Positions 16,571 to 26,299 of a DNA stretch of 33,783 nucleotides are shown here, one piece after another. Made by a program: the position numbers and the translations under genes. The stretch's first letter is position 1. Each line of letters opens with the position of its first letter. The stretch spans positions 65,129-98,911 of the forward strand of contig JBGAFW010000037.1 of NCBI GenBank assembly GCA_044227045.1, read 5' to 3'. Source of the DNA: Labilithrix sp. (GTDB taxonomy: Bacteria; Myxococcota_A; Polyangia; Polyangiales; Polyangiaceae). The notes under the pieces were generated by a model. That model saw only the letters and a program-made list of their open reading frames with translations. It searched no databases and had not been told where the DNA came from.

Positions 16571-17608
16571 ATGAAGCGCGTGCGAATTCACAAGGCTGGC
16601 GGCTACGAGCGGCTCGCGATCGAGACCTCGCTCCCCGATCCCACTCCAAAGACTGGTGAGGTGCGCGTCGCCGTGGAGGCGATTGGCGTGAACTTCGCGG
16701 ACTGCATCGTGCGGATGGGGCTCTACGCGTCGGCGAAGGAGTACGTCGGCTGGCCGATCACGCCTGGCTTCGAGGTGGCTGGGACGATCGACGCGGTCGG
16801 CGACGGCGTCACGCAGTGGAAGGTGGGGGGCCGCGTCATCGGGCTCACGCGATTTTTCGGTTACTCGTCGAGCGTCGTCGTTCCAGAGGAGCAGGTGTTT
16901 GCGATCCCTGATGCGTGGTCGATGGAGCAGGCCGCGGCGTTTCCCGTCGTCTACCTCACCGCGGACTACGCGCTGTTCGAGCTGGCGCGACCTCGCAAGG
17001 GCGCGAAGGTGCTCGTTCACTCCGCGGCGGGCGGCGTCGGCGGCGCGCTCTTGCAGCTCGCGCGCACGGCGGGCTTCGAGACGGTCGGCGTGGTGGGGCG
17101 CACGGAGAAGGTCGAGGCTGCGAAGAAGCTCGGCGCCACCCATGTCATCGACAAGAGCACGCAGGATCTTTGGGCGGAGGCCGAGCGCATCGCACCGAAG
17201 GGATACGACGCGGTGCTCGACGCGAATGGCGTGTCGACGCTACGTGCAAGTTACAAGCATCTACGGCCCACCGGGCGGCTCGTGATTTATGGGTTCCACT
17301 CGATGATGCGCAAAGACGGGCCGGGCACTCCAAGCTGGCCGAAGCTCGCGGCGGATTGGGTGAGGACGCCGCGGTTCAATCCGCTCGACATGACGAACGA
17401 CAACAAGAGCGTGATGGCGTTCAACCTGTCCTACTTGTTCGAGGAGAAACACCTCCTCGAAGAGGCGATGGAGCGGCTGATGCGGCTCGTGAAAGAGGGG
17501 AAGATCGAGCCACCTCCCACGCAGACGTTCAAGCTCGAGGCAGTCGCCGATGCCCACCGCGCGATCGAGTCGGGCAGGACGACCGGCAAGCTCGTGCTGC
17601 TTACCTAG
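16571..17608 (+). CDS. MDR-superfamily NAD(P)H:quinone oxidoreductase / zinc-binding dehydrogenase-like (VAT-1-like)
   Basis: GroES-like N-terminus. The Rossmann motif is LVHSAAGGVGGALLQLAR. The overall length and layout match quinone oxidoreductases. Confidence 0.75.
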   Translation: MKRVRIHKAGGYERLAIETSLPDPTPKTGEVRVAVEAIGVNFADCIVRMGLYASAKEYVGWPITPGFEVAGTIDAVGDGVTQWKVGGRVIGLTRFFGYSSSVVVPEEQVFAIPDAWSMEQAAAFPVVYLTADYALFELARPRKGAKVLVHSAAGGVGGALLQLARTAGFETVGVVGRTEKVEAAKKLGATHVIDKSTQDLWAEAERIAPKGYDAVLDANGVSTLRASYKHLRPTGRLVIYGFHSMMRKDGPGTPSWPKLAADWVRTPRFNPLDMTNDNKSVMAFNLSYLFEEKHLLEEAMERLMRLVKEGKIEPPPTQTFKLEAVADAHRAIESGRTTGKLVLLT

Positions 17609-17617
17609 TTTGGGTGA

Positions 17618-19861
17618 TCACGCGCGGATCGCGGCGGTCGATGAGGAGGACGCGGACGTCGACGAGGTCTCTGCGTCCGAGGTCTCGGCGACGGCGGCGA
17701 CGGTGACGGGGACGGCGCTGAACGCGGCGTTGCCGGTGAGGCGGTCGATGCGCATCTCGTCGGTGAGATCGTTGATGCTCACGCCCGCGTGCGCGGTCGC
17801 GACGGACGTGCGCGTGCGTGCTGCGCCGTTCGCTTTGCGGTCGTGTCCCCAGCCGTGTGGAAGGCTCACGACACCAGGCATCATCTCGTCGCTGATCGCC
17901 ACGACGGCGTCGACCTGGCCGCGCACGCTCTTCACGCGGGCCTTCGAGCCATCGCGAAGATCAAGTCGCTCGGCGTCCTTCGGGTGAACGAGCAGCGTGC
18001 ATCGCGCCGGGCCCTTCACGAGGCGCGCTGCGTTGTGGAGCCACGAGTTGTTGCTGCGGAGATGACGGCGGCCGACGAGCATGAGGGCAGGCACGTCGCG
18101 ATCGATCGTGGACTCGAGCGCGTCGACTTCGGCGACGAAGGCCTTTGGCGCGAGCTCGACCCGGCCGCTCTTCGTTCGGAGCATGCCGGGCAAGCGCGGC
18201 TCGAGCGGGCCGAGCTTGATGCCATGCGGGTGCTTGCGGAGCTCTTTCACCGAGAGGCCACCGCCGCCCACGACATGCTTCTTCGTTCCGAACGCGCCAT
18301 AGGGACCGGCGCGGAGCGCGAGGTCGATCGTGCGCTCCGGGTTCAGGAGCTGCTCGAAGGCCGCGCGCGCGATGCGTTGGCGAAGGCCGTCGCCGAAGCG
18401 ATAGCGGGCGATGAGATCGCGGATGATCTCTCCGTCGTCGCGTTCGTTGGGATCTTTGGGCAATGCGGCGTCGACCCACTTCGCGGAGTTCTCGACCGCG
18501 TAGCCATGGAGCGCGAGATCGTAATGCGGACGCTGGAGTGGAGAGCACGGCGGCAAGATGACGTGGGCGTGGCGCGTCGTCTCGTTGATGTAGCTGTCGA
18601 TCGACACCATGAAGTCGAGGTGCGCCCCGAGGGCATGATCGAGCTTGGCGCCGTTCGGAGCGGAGAGCACCGGGTTGCCCGCGCTCGTGATGAGCGCACG
18701 GACGCGGTCGGGGCCTTCGGTCTCGATCTCGTCGGCGAGCGTGGCGATCGGGAGCTCGCCGCCGGTCTCGGAGAGGCCACGCACGCGGCTCTTGAAGCGG
18801 CCGTGTCCGCTCAAGCCAGCGATGTCGGCGATGCGCACCACGTCGGCGGCGGGCGTCGTCCACATCAGGCCGCCTGGGCGGTCGAGGTTGCCGGTCACCG
18901 CTGCGAGCGCATAGGCAAGCCATGAGGTGAGCGTCGCGTGCTCTTGATGGCAGGTGCCGACGCGCACGTAACACGCCGCGCTCTTGGCCTTCGCGAACGC
19001 ATGCGCGATCGATCGCACGACGCTCGGAGCGATGCCGACCGCCTTGCTCACGCGCTCGGGCGTGAAGCGCTTCGCGAGAGAGCGCAGCTCGGTCATCCCC
19101 GCGAGGAGAGGCTCGAGATGCGTGCTGGGGTTTGCGAGCCCGTCTTCGAAGACGACGTTGAGCAGCGCGAAGAAGAAGAGCGCGTCGGTCCCCGGACGCA
19201 AGAACACGTGCTCGTCGGCGAGCTCGGCGGTCTCGGTGCGTCGTGGATCGACGACGACGAGCCGACCGCTGCGCGCCTTCAGCTCCTTGATCCGACGGCG
19301 CACGTCCGGAGCCGTCATGATGCTGCCGTTCGACACGATTGGATTGGCGCCAACGCAGAGCCAGTAGTCCGTTCGATCGATGTCGGGGACTGGCATGAAG
19401 AGCACGTGCCCGAACATGTCGTTGGACGCCCGCATGTGCGGGACCTGATCGGAGGTCGACGCGGAGTAGAGGTTCTTCGTGCCGAGCGTGCGAAACGCGA
19501 TCTGGCCGACCGTCATCAGGCCGAGGTTGTGCGCGGTCGGATTGCCTTGGTAGATCGCGAGCGAGTGCTTGCCGTGCCGCTTGGTGACACGACGCAGCCC
19601 CTCGGCGGCGATCGTGAGCGCCTCGTCCCACGAGACCTCGCGGAACGTCTGGCTCTCCTTCTCTCGAACGAGCGGACGGCGCACGCGATCGGGATCCTCG
19701 TGGAGGTCCTGCATCGCGACGACCTTTGGGCACACGTAGCCACGGCTGACCGGATCGTCGGCGTCACCCCGGATGCCTGCGATGCGCCGTCCGCCGTCCT
19801 CGACGTCGACGACGATCCCGCACGTCGCTTCGCAAATCGTGCATGTTGCAAGCTTCTTCAT
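17618..19861 (-). CDS. Molybdopterin-dependent oxidoreductase (MopB superfamily: formate dehydrogenase, or assimilatory nitrate reductase-like). It is cytoplasmic and has no Tat signal.
   Basis: The N-terminal 4Fe-4S motif is CTICEATC...C. The length (747 aa) fits MopB. I chose the start at MKKLATC (19861). The ORF track's 807-aa version adds an Arg-rich 60-aa extension and is unlikely. Confidence 0.75.
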   Translation of the reverse strand: MKKLATCTICEATCGIVVDVEDGGRRIAGIRGDADDPVSRGYVCPKVVAMQDLHEDPDRVRRPLVREKESQTFREVSWDEALTIAAEGLRRVTKRHGKHSLAIYQGNPTAHNLGLMTVGQIAFRTLGTKNLYSASTSDQVPHMRASNDMFGHVLFMPVPDIDRTDYWLCVGANPIVSNGSIMTAPDVRRRIKELKARSGRLVVVDPRRTETAELADEHVFLRPGTDALFFFALLNVVFEDGLANPSTHLEPLLAGMTELRSLAKRFTPERVSKAVGIAPSVVRSIAHAFAKAKSAACYVRVGTCHQEHATLTSWLAYALAAVTGNLDRPGGLMWTTPAADVVRIADIAGLSGHGRFKSRVRGLSETGGELPIATLADEIETEGPDRVRALITSAGNPVLSAPNGAKLDHALGAHLDFMVSIDSYINETTRHAHVILPPCSPLQRPHYDLALHGYAVENSAKWVDAALPKDPNERDDGEIIRDLIARYRFGDGLRQRIARAAFEQLLNPERTIDLALRAGPYGAFGTKKHVVGGGGLSVKELRKHPHGIKLGPLEPRLPGMLRTKSGRVELAPKAFVAEVDALESTIDRDVPALMLVGRRHLRSNNSWLHNAARLVKGPARCTLLVHPKDAERLDLRDGSKARVKSVRGQVDAVVAISDEMMPGVVSLPHGWGHDRKANGAARTRTSVATAHAGVSINDLTDEMRIDRLTGNAAFSAVPVTVAAVAETSDAETSSTSASSSSTAAIRA

Positions 19862-20068
19862 GATGCCCCGCCCGGTAGAAGGAGCGTCGATTGTTGCACA
19901 AGAGCAAGGCTGGTGGATGGTCGATCCATGACGGTTCGCACGAGAAAAATAGAGCGATCGAGCCACCTTCAAGAAATCACGCCCGCGAAGATCGATTTCG
20001 AACCGCACTCGTAAAAGAAGAGCTCGGCCGCGACCGAGCATCCAACGGCGAGTCGGGAGAGACCAGTC

Positions 20069-20896
20069 ATGGCGGCGTACCGGGATGAGGCAGCGTCACT
20101 CGAGGAGCGGCATCGCCAACTGCGTCGAGCGCTCGAAGAGACACGGGCGCGCTCGAGCGCGCTCACGCAAGAGGAGGCGCATCTCCACCAGGAGCTCGCC
20201 AAGATCCATCGCGAGCTCGAGGCCCGTGCACGCGCGCCGCGCCGCTCGCTGCCGATGGTGAACATGCTGATCGCGTCGCCGTGCGACGTGCCGTGGGAGA
20301 AGATGGTCGGCGACGATCGCGTGCGTCACTGCGGCCAGTGCGACAAGAACGTCCACAACCTCTCCGCGATGACGACGGACGAAGCGCACGCCTTCCTCGA
20401 GAGCATGACGCGCACAAACCACAAGACGGGCGCGCCGCTGCCTTGCCTGAACCTTTGGCAACGCCACGACGGCACCGTCATCACCGCCGACTGCCCGGTC
20501 GGTGTTCGCCGCCGGCGCATGCGCTCGCTCTTGGCCGCGTCGCTCGGCGTCGGGGGCGCGGCCGTCATCGCGGCCACCGCGCTTGCGGTGATGGGTGCGT
20601 CACCCGCATCACCGCAGTCATTCACCATCACCACGTCACCAACGATTCAACCCATCACGCCCACGGCTTACGTCGACACGAACGGCTACATCGCCGTCGA
20701 AGGCACGCCGGGCATTCGCATTTACGACGACCACGGCTTCGTCGGGGTGACGCCGCTCACCTACGTGGCGAACCTCACGACATACGTGCAGGCGCAGTCG
20801 GTGGCGCACGTACGTGTCGACATGCAGCCGACGCCGCCGATTCGCATGGCGGGCGCGCCGCCGCCGTCGCTTCGGGTCGGAGGAGGAAAGCGATGA
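20069..20896 (+). CDS. Membrane protein with an N-terminal coiled coil, a conserved 5-Cys domain, one TM helix, and a degenerate C-terminal PEGA-like domain
   Basis: The Cys domain reads LPMVNMLIASPCDVPW...HCGQCDKNVHNLSAMT...PCLNL...TADCPVG. The TM helix is LLAASLGVGGAAVIAATALAVMG. It is a paralogue of the next gene. Confidence 0.6.
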   Translation: MAAYRDEAASLEERHRQLRRALEETRARSSALTQEEAHLHQELAKIHRELEARARAPRRSLPMVNMLIASPCDVPWEKMVGDDRVRHCGQCDKNVHNLSAMTTDEAHAFLESMTRTNHKTGAPLPCLNLWQRHDGTVITADCPVGVRRRRMRSLLAASLGVGGAAVIAATALAVMGASPASPQSFTITTSPTIQPITPTAYVDTNGYIAVEGTPGIRIYDDHGFVGVTPLTYVANLTTYVQAQSVAHVRVDMQPTPPIRMAGAPPPSLRVGGGKR

Positions 20897-22053
20897 GCGA
20901 CACGATCCGCATCCTGCCTCGTGGCGCGACGAGCGGCGAGGACGGCGTGACGCCGACGACGCGTGGTCGCGCCTTCGAAGCCTCTTCGGAGGCGGAGACG
21001 CCGTACGGCATGATGGCGAAGGGCGCGCCCGCGCGCATTCCGCGCCGGTCATCACCCGCGGTGATCCTGAACGCGGGCGAGCTCCCGACGAGCGCACCTG
21101 CCGACGACGTGATCGAACGCCAGCGCGCGCTCGCGCAGCGGCTCGACGAGGTGCGCGAGCAGAACACCCGCCTTCGCGTGGAAGAGAAGCGACTCGAACG
21201 AGAGATCGCGTCGGTTCAGGAAGGGCTGAGGGCAGGGCGACGGCAGCTGCCAATGGCCAAGATGCTGATCGCGAGCCCTTGCGATGTGCCGTGGAGCGCG
21301 ATGCAAGAGGAGGATCGCTCGGGGGATCGACGGCGATTCTGCGGCAAGTGCCACAAGCACGTCCACAACCTCGCCGCGATGACGCGCGTCGAAGTGGAGG
21401 ACTTCCTCGAAGCGAACGCGCGGGCGAGCGACGACAACAGCGGAGTCTGCGTCCGTCTCTACGAGCGCACCGATGGCACCGTGCTCACAGCAGATTGTCC
21501 GGTCGGGCTGAACCGCCGGCGTTCGCGCGCGGTGCTGCTCGCGTCGCTCGGCGCCGGCGCCTGCGCGCTCTTTGGCTTCAGCGCGATCGCGCTTGCGATG
21601 ACCACGTTCTCGCCGACGCCGCCACCGCCAGCGCCGGCGCCGCGGATCGTCGTCGAGCAGGGGCCCACGGTGTACGTGCCGCAGGTGATCGAGCGAATTC
21701 CTGCAGGATACACGCGTCTCCCCGACGCTGCGGCCGGCGCGGGCTGGGTCTTTCTTCGCGCTCCGGAAGGCGCGAAGATCTTCGAGGGCAAGCGTTTGCT
21801 CGGCACCGGTCCGCTCGTCCTCACGATGAGCGCCGGAGAGCACACGCTGCGCGCGGAAGGCGTCGACGCGGCGACGGGCAAGAAGTGGACGGACTCACGC
21901 TCGTTCACGATCGCCGCCGGAAACGCTCCGGGCGGCGTCGCGAAGACCGACGTGGTCTTCATGAAGCCGGCCATGCGCCCAAGCCCTCCGAAGCCCGCGG
22001 CCGAGGACATCGCCGAGCTCGCCGGTCTCCTCCAGAGCACGAACCAGCTCTGA
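20893..22053 (+). CDS. Membrane protein with an N-terminal coiled coil, a conserved 5-Cys domain, one TM helix, and a canonical C-terminal PEGA domain
   Basis: Its ATG at 20893 overlaps the upstream TGA (ATGA), and GGAGGAAAG lies just before it. The Cys domain reads LPMAKMLIASPCDVPW...FCGKCHKHVHNLAAMT...VCVRL...TADCPVG. The PEGA motif is LRAPEGAKIFEGKRLLGTGPL...GEHTLR. Confidence 0.65.
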   Translation: MSDTIRILPRGATSGEDGVTPTTRGRAFEASSEAETPYGMMAKGAPARIPRRSSPAVILNAGELPTSAPADDVIERQRALAQRLDEVREQNTRLRVEEKRLEREIASVQEGLRAGRRQLPMAKMLIASPCDVPWSAMQEEDRSGDRRRFCGKCHKHVHNLAAMTRVEVEDFLEANARASDDNSGVCVRLYERTDGTVLTADCPVGLNRRRSRAVLLASLGAGACALFGFSAIALAMTTFSPTPPPPAPAPRIVVEQGPTVYVPQVIERIPAGYTRLPDAAAGAGWVFLRAPEGAKIFEGKRLLGTGPLVLTMSAGEHTLRAEGVDAATGKKWTDSRSFTIAAGNAPGGVAKTDVVFMKPAMRPSPPKPAAEDIAELAGLLQSTNQL

Positions 22054-22225
22054 TTTCACGCCCTGCCCGCGCAGCGTCTCTCCGCGCGGTTGCCATCGAT
22101 TTCCGCGACACCTCGAAATCGTTTCTGAAATTGGGCTTCTTCAGGCCGTTTCAGGGCCCCGCGACAGGGCTGCGACGTTCGTGCTGTCGCTCGAACGGGT
22201 CGATGCTAAGACGCCGCTCACGATC

Positions 22226-23269
22226 ATGAAGACGACGTCCAGCAAGCCGCTTCTCCTCCTCCTTGCCTCTGCATCGCTTGCGTTCGGTATCGCGACCGGC
22301 GGTTGCGCCGCCGAGCCCCGCACGCTGTCCGATCCGCACAAGCCGAGCGAGATGGCGTCGGCGCCCCGCACGACCTCGGCCAGCGCGGACATGAGCGTTG
22401 GCGACGCGCAGAAGCTCTTGATCAACGCCGGCGTCGAGTCCCAGCCGCCGCCCGCGGGCGCGGCCGGATCGATGGACGAGGCGCTCGCGATCCTGAAGAG
22501 CGACGAGCTTGCTCAGTTCCCGAAGGCGCTCAGCTACGCGAAGTCCGCCGCCAAGGGCAAGGACAGCAAGAAGGCGACCGCGCTCGCCGCGCAGATCGAG
22601 ATCGCGTGGGGAGAGAACCTTCGCATCGTCGCCAAGGTCGTCGACCTCCTCGCGGCGGATCTCCGCAACGAGCGTCATGACCTCGAGGATCTCGAGGCCC
22701 TCGGCAAGCTCACGCCGGACGACAAGGCTCACCTCGAGACGTTGAAGAAGCTGCTCGACGAGAAGGAGCCGCTCGCCAACGCGATGTCGCGTCTCGCGCC
22801 GGTTCACCTCGCCGAAGGTCGCACGCTCGCAGAGAGCGTCGTCAAGGATGCACCCGATAGCTACGAAGGTTATCGCGTCCTCGCCGACTACTACCGCATC
22901 CGCGGCGACTGGGATCGCTACGACGCGATGGTGAAGGAAGTCGAGTCACGCTACCCGCAGAGCCACGGCCTCCTCTTCTTGAAGGGCATCGCGCTCGCGG
23001 AGCGTCAGAACGACAACGAAGGCGCGACGAAGATGCTGAACGAGGCCCTCAAGGCCGATCCGAAGTTCTCGCGCGCACGCGTGCAGCTCTTCTTCATCGC
23101 GAAGGGCCTCACCGCGAAGCGTGACGAGTACCAGAAGCTCAAGGCCGAGAGCCCGCACCACCAGCTCGTCGAGATCGCCGGCCCGGTGCTCGAAGAAGTG
23201 TTCAAGATGCGTGAGCGCCGCCGCGCCACCATCCAGCGCTACGACTGGCGCGGCACGCTCCGCGACTGA
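22226..23269 (+). CDS. Helical (TPR-like?) lipoprotein, hypothetical
   Basis: ATG 22226 begins a signal with lipobox ATGGC. The mature part is predicted helical and rich in K/E/A/L. The ORF track's GTG start at 22181 is less likely. Confidence 0.5.
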   Translation: MKTTSSKPLLLLLASASLAFGIATGGCAAEPRTLSDPHKPSEMASAPRTTSASADMSVGDAQKLLINAGVESQPPPAGAAGSMDEALAILKSDELAQFPKALSYAKSAAKGKDSKKATALAAQIEIAWGENLRIVAKVVDLLAADLRNERHDLEDLEALGKLTPDDKAHLETLKKLLDEKEPLANAMSRLAPVHLAEGRTLAESVVKDAPDSYEGYRVLADYYRIRGDWDRYDAMVKEVESRYPQSHGLLFLKGIALAERQNDNEGATKMLNEALKADPKFSRARVQLFFIAKGLTAKRDEYQKLKAESPHHQLVEIAGPVLEEVFKMRERRRATIQRYDWRGTLRD

Positions 23270-23326
23270 AGCTCACTCATCGTCACGGACTTCGGCAGAG
23301 GCCGGGGTCGACGGAGTCTAAGACCT

Positions 23327-24313
23327 CTACGGCAACACGACGATCGTGTCGTGGACGTCGAGCGCGGACCAGAGGACATCGATGGATCCGTCATCGACGG
23401 CCACGCATCCGGCCGTCCAGTCTTTGCTGCTTCCATTCCCGTGGATCTCGACCTCGCCGCCGAGGTTCGTCGACTGTGACGGCTCGGTGCACGCGTCGAA
23501 GGCGCTCTCGATCTGCGCTTGCTGCGCCTTCGTGATCAAGCCTGCGCCGGCGCCGCGCTTGGCGTCTTCGGGCGTCGGGTAGCTGAGCAGAAACGCCTTG
23601 TAGTACGACGAGTCCGGCACGAGCCGCGGGATGTAGAAGACGCCTTCGGGCGTCTTGCCGTCGCCTTGCTTCTGCTTCGCGCCCGTCGGCTCGAAGCCAA
23701 GGCCCGAGCGGAAGTTCTTCACGAGCGAGCCGTTCTTGCAGAGCGCGACGTTGCGCTTGCTCTTGTGGACGACGACGTAGTCGTCTGGGGTCGTGTCGCA
23801 AGGCGAGAGCTTGTCACCGGCGTTGCCCCACGCAGCGACGCAGTCGATCGCGCCGACCGAAGGATCCCAACGTGGATCGATCTGCTTGGCGACGCTCGTG
23901 ACCTTCGTGTCCTTCGTCAACGTCACGATCGAGCACGACGTCGCGCTCGCGGGCGGGGCACACGACTCGCCCTCCGCGCCGAAGTGATCGAGCTTCCATC
24001 CCTCCGCCGCCGTCGCCGTCAGCGTGACCGCGGTCGAAGGATCGAACGTCGCTGCGCATTGACCCGGGCAGTCGATGCCTTGTGGCTCGGAGCGGACCGA
24101 GCCATGCGCGCCGTCGAGGATGACCTCGAGCTTCACGCGACCATCCGCGGACCCCTCGGTGGATGCGTTCTCGTCGGGTGTGCCTGCCTTCGGCGACGGC
24201 GCGGCCGGACCAGCGATGCCTCCGCCGTCACTTCCTCCGCACGCTCCGATCGCGCTCGCGGTCACGGACAGCAGCGCGAAGACGGACCTAGAAAATAGGC
24301 ACTTGGTGATCAT
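23327..24313 (-). CDS. L,D-transpeptidase (YkuD/ErfK family) lipoprotein with a Cys-rich N-terminal domain
   Basis: Lipobox AIGAC. The YkuD catalytic region is HKSKRNVALCKNG...GDGKTPEGVFYI...IHGNGSS...TAGCVAV, which matches the His/Cys motif. Confidence 0.7.
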   Translation of the reverse strand: MITKCLFSRSVFALLSVTASAIGACGGSDGGGIAGPAAPSPKAGTPDENASTEGSADGRVKLEVILDGAHGSVRSEPQGIDCPGQCAATFDPSTAVTLTATAAEGWKLDHFGAEGESCAPPASATSCSIVTLTKDTKVTSVAKQIDPRWDPSVGAIDCVAAWGNAGDKLSPCDTTPDDYVVVHKSKRNVALCKNGSLVKNFRSGLGFEPTGAKQKQGDGKTPEGVFYIPRLVPDSSYYKAFLLSYPTPEDAKRGAGAGLITKAQQAQIESAFDACTEPSQSTNLGGEVEIHGNGSSKDWTAGCVAVDDGSIDVLWSALDVHDTIVVLP

Positions 24314-24404
24314 GAGCGACGCGACGACGCTATCGCCTCCGCTCGAACGCGCCGTCTTACATCACTTGTCCGGCGCGTCTCTTGGACCTCGCAATTCGCC
24401 GGGA

Positions 24405-25412
24405 TCAGCGGACGGCGTTGTCGAGGATGCGCTGAATGAGCGCGTCGTAGTCGAGGCCGGTCGATGCCGCGGCCATCGCGAAGTCGTCCGTCTTGGCGAG
24501 CGAGGGGTTCGGGTTGACCTCGATCACGACGATCTCGCCTTCTTCGGTGAGACGAACGTCGAGGCGGACCACGCCGCGGATCTTCAAGATGCGGTATGCG
24601 AGGCGCGCCGTCTTGGCGAGGCGCTCCACGGTGCCCGCGGGGAGGGGATCCGGCTCGCCATTTCGGATGCGCCACTTCCGGCGGTAGGCGTCATCCCATT
24701 TCACCTTCTGCGTCGTGAAGCGAGGCGCCGACTCGTCGTCGTCAGCCTTGCCGAAGAAGATCTCGCGGGGCGGGAACGCGACCGGCCTTGGATTGCCGAG
24801 GACACCCACGGTGAGCTCGCGTCCTTCGATGTACTCCTCGATCAACGCGTCGCACTCGAAGCTGCGGTGGATGAAGCCGGCGCGCTCGATCGCCTCTTCG
24901 GCGGTCGTGCAGAAGGAGGCCTTGCTGATGCCGTTGCTGCCTTCTTCGCCGAGAGGCTTCACGAACGCGGGGAAGCGAAAGCGCCGCAATTTTCGGAGGG
25001 GCCGAGCCTTCGACGAGACGACGCCGCTCGCGACCCGCACGTGATGAAAGGCGAGGAGCTTCTTCGCGAGCGCCTTGTCACGGCAGAGCATGAGCGCCTC
25101 AGGCCCTGCTCCGGTGTAACGCACCTTCATCAGATCGAGCAGGCTCGGGATGCTCGGCTCGTGGGAGCGGTCGAGGTAGAACGACTCGACCATGTTGAAG
25201 ACGACATCCGGCGCGAAGCTCGAGATGCGATCGAACATGTCACGGACGTTGTCGTAGACCGCGAGCGTCTCGACCTCGTGGCCGAGGTTGCGGAGCGACG
25301 AGATGACGTCCGCCTCCATCGGCTTCTTCTCCTCACGGCGCAGCGCGGTGACGGAGAACGTATCCGTCGGCTCCGGAGGCCGACCGATGTCGAACAAGCA
25401 GAGAACCTTCAC
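24405..25412 (-). CDS. D-alanine--D-alanine ligase family ATP-grasp protein
   Basis: Ddl-like central and C-terminal regions are present (LCRDKALAKKLL, FVKP...GSNGISKA, EEYIEGRELTVGVLGN, VRLDVRL...EVNPNP). The start is GTG and there is no clear SD. The N-terminal Gly motif is atypical. Confidence 0.65.
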   Translation of the reverse strand: MKVLCLFDIGRPPEPTDTFSVTALRREEKKPMEADVISSLRNLGHEVETLAVYDNVRDMFDRISSFAPDVVFNMVESFYLDRSHEPSIPSLLDLMKVRYTGAGPEALMLCRDKALAKKLLAFHHVRVASGVVSSKARPLRKLRRFRFPAFVKPLGEEGSNGISKASFCTTAEEAIERAGFIHRSFECDALIEEYIEGRELTVGVLGNPRPVAFPPREIFFGKADDDESAPRFTTQKVKWDDAYRRKWRIRNGEPDPLPAGTVERLAKTARLAYRILKIRGVVRLDVRLTEEGEIVVIEVNPNPSLAKTDDFAMAAASTGLDYDALIQRILDNAVR

Positions 25413-25501
25413 GCAGAGACGATGTTAGCGGACGAGCGTTCGTTAAGCCCAATCCGTAGCGTCATCTCTGTCGCCATAGTCGACCGTGTGCCACCTTCGC
25501 T

Positions 25502-26188
25502 TCATGAAGCGGTAGGAGGAGTCGCTGGAGCGATCGCGCGGTAGCCGACGCCTCGCACCGTCTCGATCATGCCGTCGTGGCCACCGAGCTTCTCGCGAAG
25601 GTTCTTCACGTGGACCTCGACGACGTTCGACGAAGGGTCGAAGCTCGTCGACCACACCTTCTGGAGTAGCTCGGAGCGGCTCACCGCCCGACCTGCGTGC
25701 TGCATCAAGTAGGCGAGGAGGGCGAGCTCACGTGAGGTGAGATCGATCGTGCGGCCATCGATCGTCGCGCGACGTGCGACGGTGTCGACGGTGAGCGGAC
25801 CGAGGCGCAGCGTGCTTCCTCCACCACCGCCGGCCCGCCGTCCGAGGGCACGCACACGCGCGAGCAGCTCGCCGAGATCGAACGGCTTCGACAAGTAGTC
25901 ATCCGCGCCGGCGTCGAGGCCGAGGATGCGCTCGCCCACCTCGGCACGGGCGGTGAGCATCAAGATCGGCGTGCGCACTCCACGATCGCGCACGGCCCGG
26001 CACACCGCGATCCCATCCATGCCGGGAAGCATCCAGTCGAGCACGACCGCGTCGTAGGCGACCGCTTCGATTTGATCGATCGCGCGTGTCCCGTCACCCA
26101 CTTGATCGACGACATGCCCTTCTTCGGTAAGTGCACGCACGAGGAAGCGAGCGACCTTCGGGTTGTCCTCGACGACGAGGAGCTTCAT
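25502..26188 (-). CDS. OmpR/PhoB-family two-component response regulator
   Basis: The receiver domain begins MKLLVVEDN and contains the phospho-acceptor context VLDWMLPGMDG and LTA. The C-terminal winged helix reads LTSRELALLAYL...GVGYR. An alternative start lies 8 or 17 codons upstream. Confidence 0.85.
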   Translation of the reverse strand: MKLLVVEDNPKVARFLVRALTEEGHVVDQVGDGTRAIDQIEAVAYDAVVLDWMLPGMDGIAVCRAVRDRGVRTPILMLTARAEVGERILGLDAGADDYLSKPFDLGELLARVRALGRRAGGGGGSTLRLGPLTVDTVARRATIDGRTIDLTSRELALLAYLMQHAGRAVSRSELLQKVWSTSFDPSSNVVEVHVKNLREKLGGHDGMIETVRGVGYRAIAPATPPTAS

Positions 26189-26299
26189 GCCTCGATCATA
26201 CCGCTCGGACATGCAGATTCCTGCGGTCTTCGCGAACATGAAGAAACCTTCACGTGCGCTTCAGCCATCTCCGGACCGGAGATCGTAGGGTTCGGAAGG

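Noticed and set aside
17961-19733. 590-aa minus-strand ORF in an alternate frame, plus the plus-strand ORFs 17789-18925 and 18938-20014
   Set aside because: They overlap the molybdopterin oxidoreductase gene. They have Arg/Pro-rich, low-complexity composition.
19862-20041. 60-codon N-terminal extension of the molybdopterin oxidoreductase (807-aa version)
   Set aside because: The extension is Arg-rich with no function, and the conserved 4Fe-4S Cys cluster starts right after the internal MKKLATC, so I prefer the start at 19861.
20814-22229. 471-aa plus-strand ORF and the minus-strand ORFs 20636-21253 and 21052-21843
   Set aside because: They are alternate frames or antisense to the Cys/PEGA paralogue genes. 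The Arg-rich sequences are spurious.
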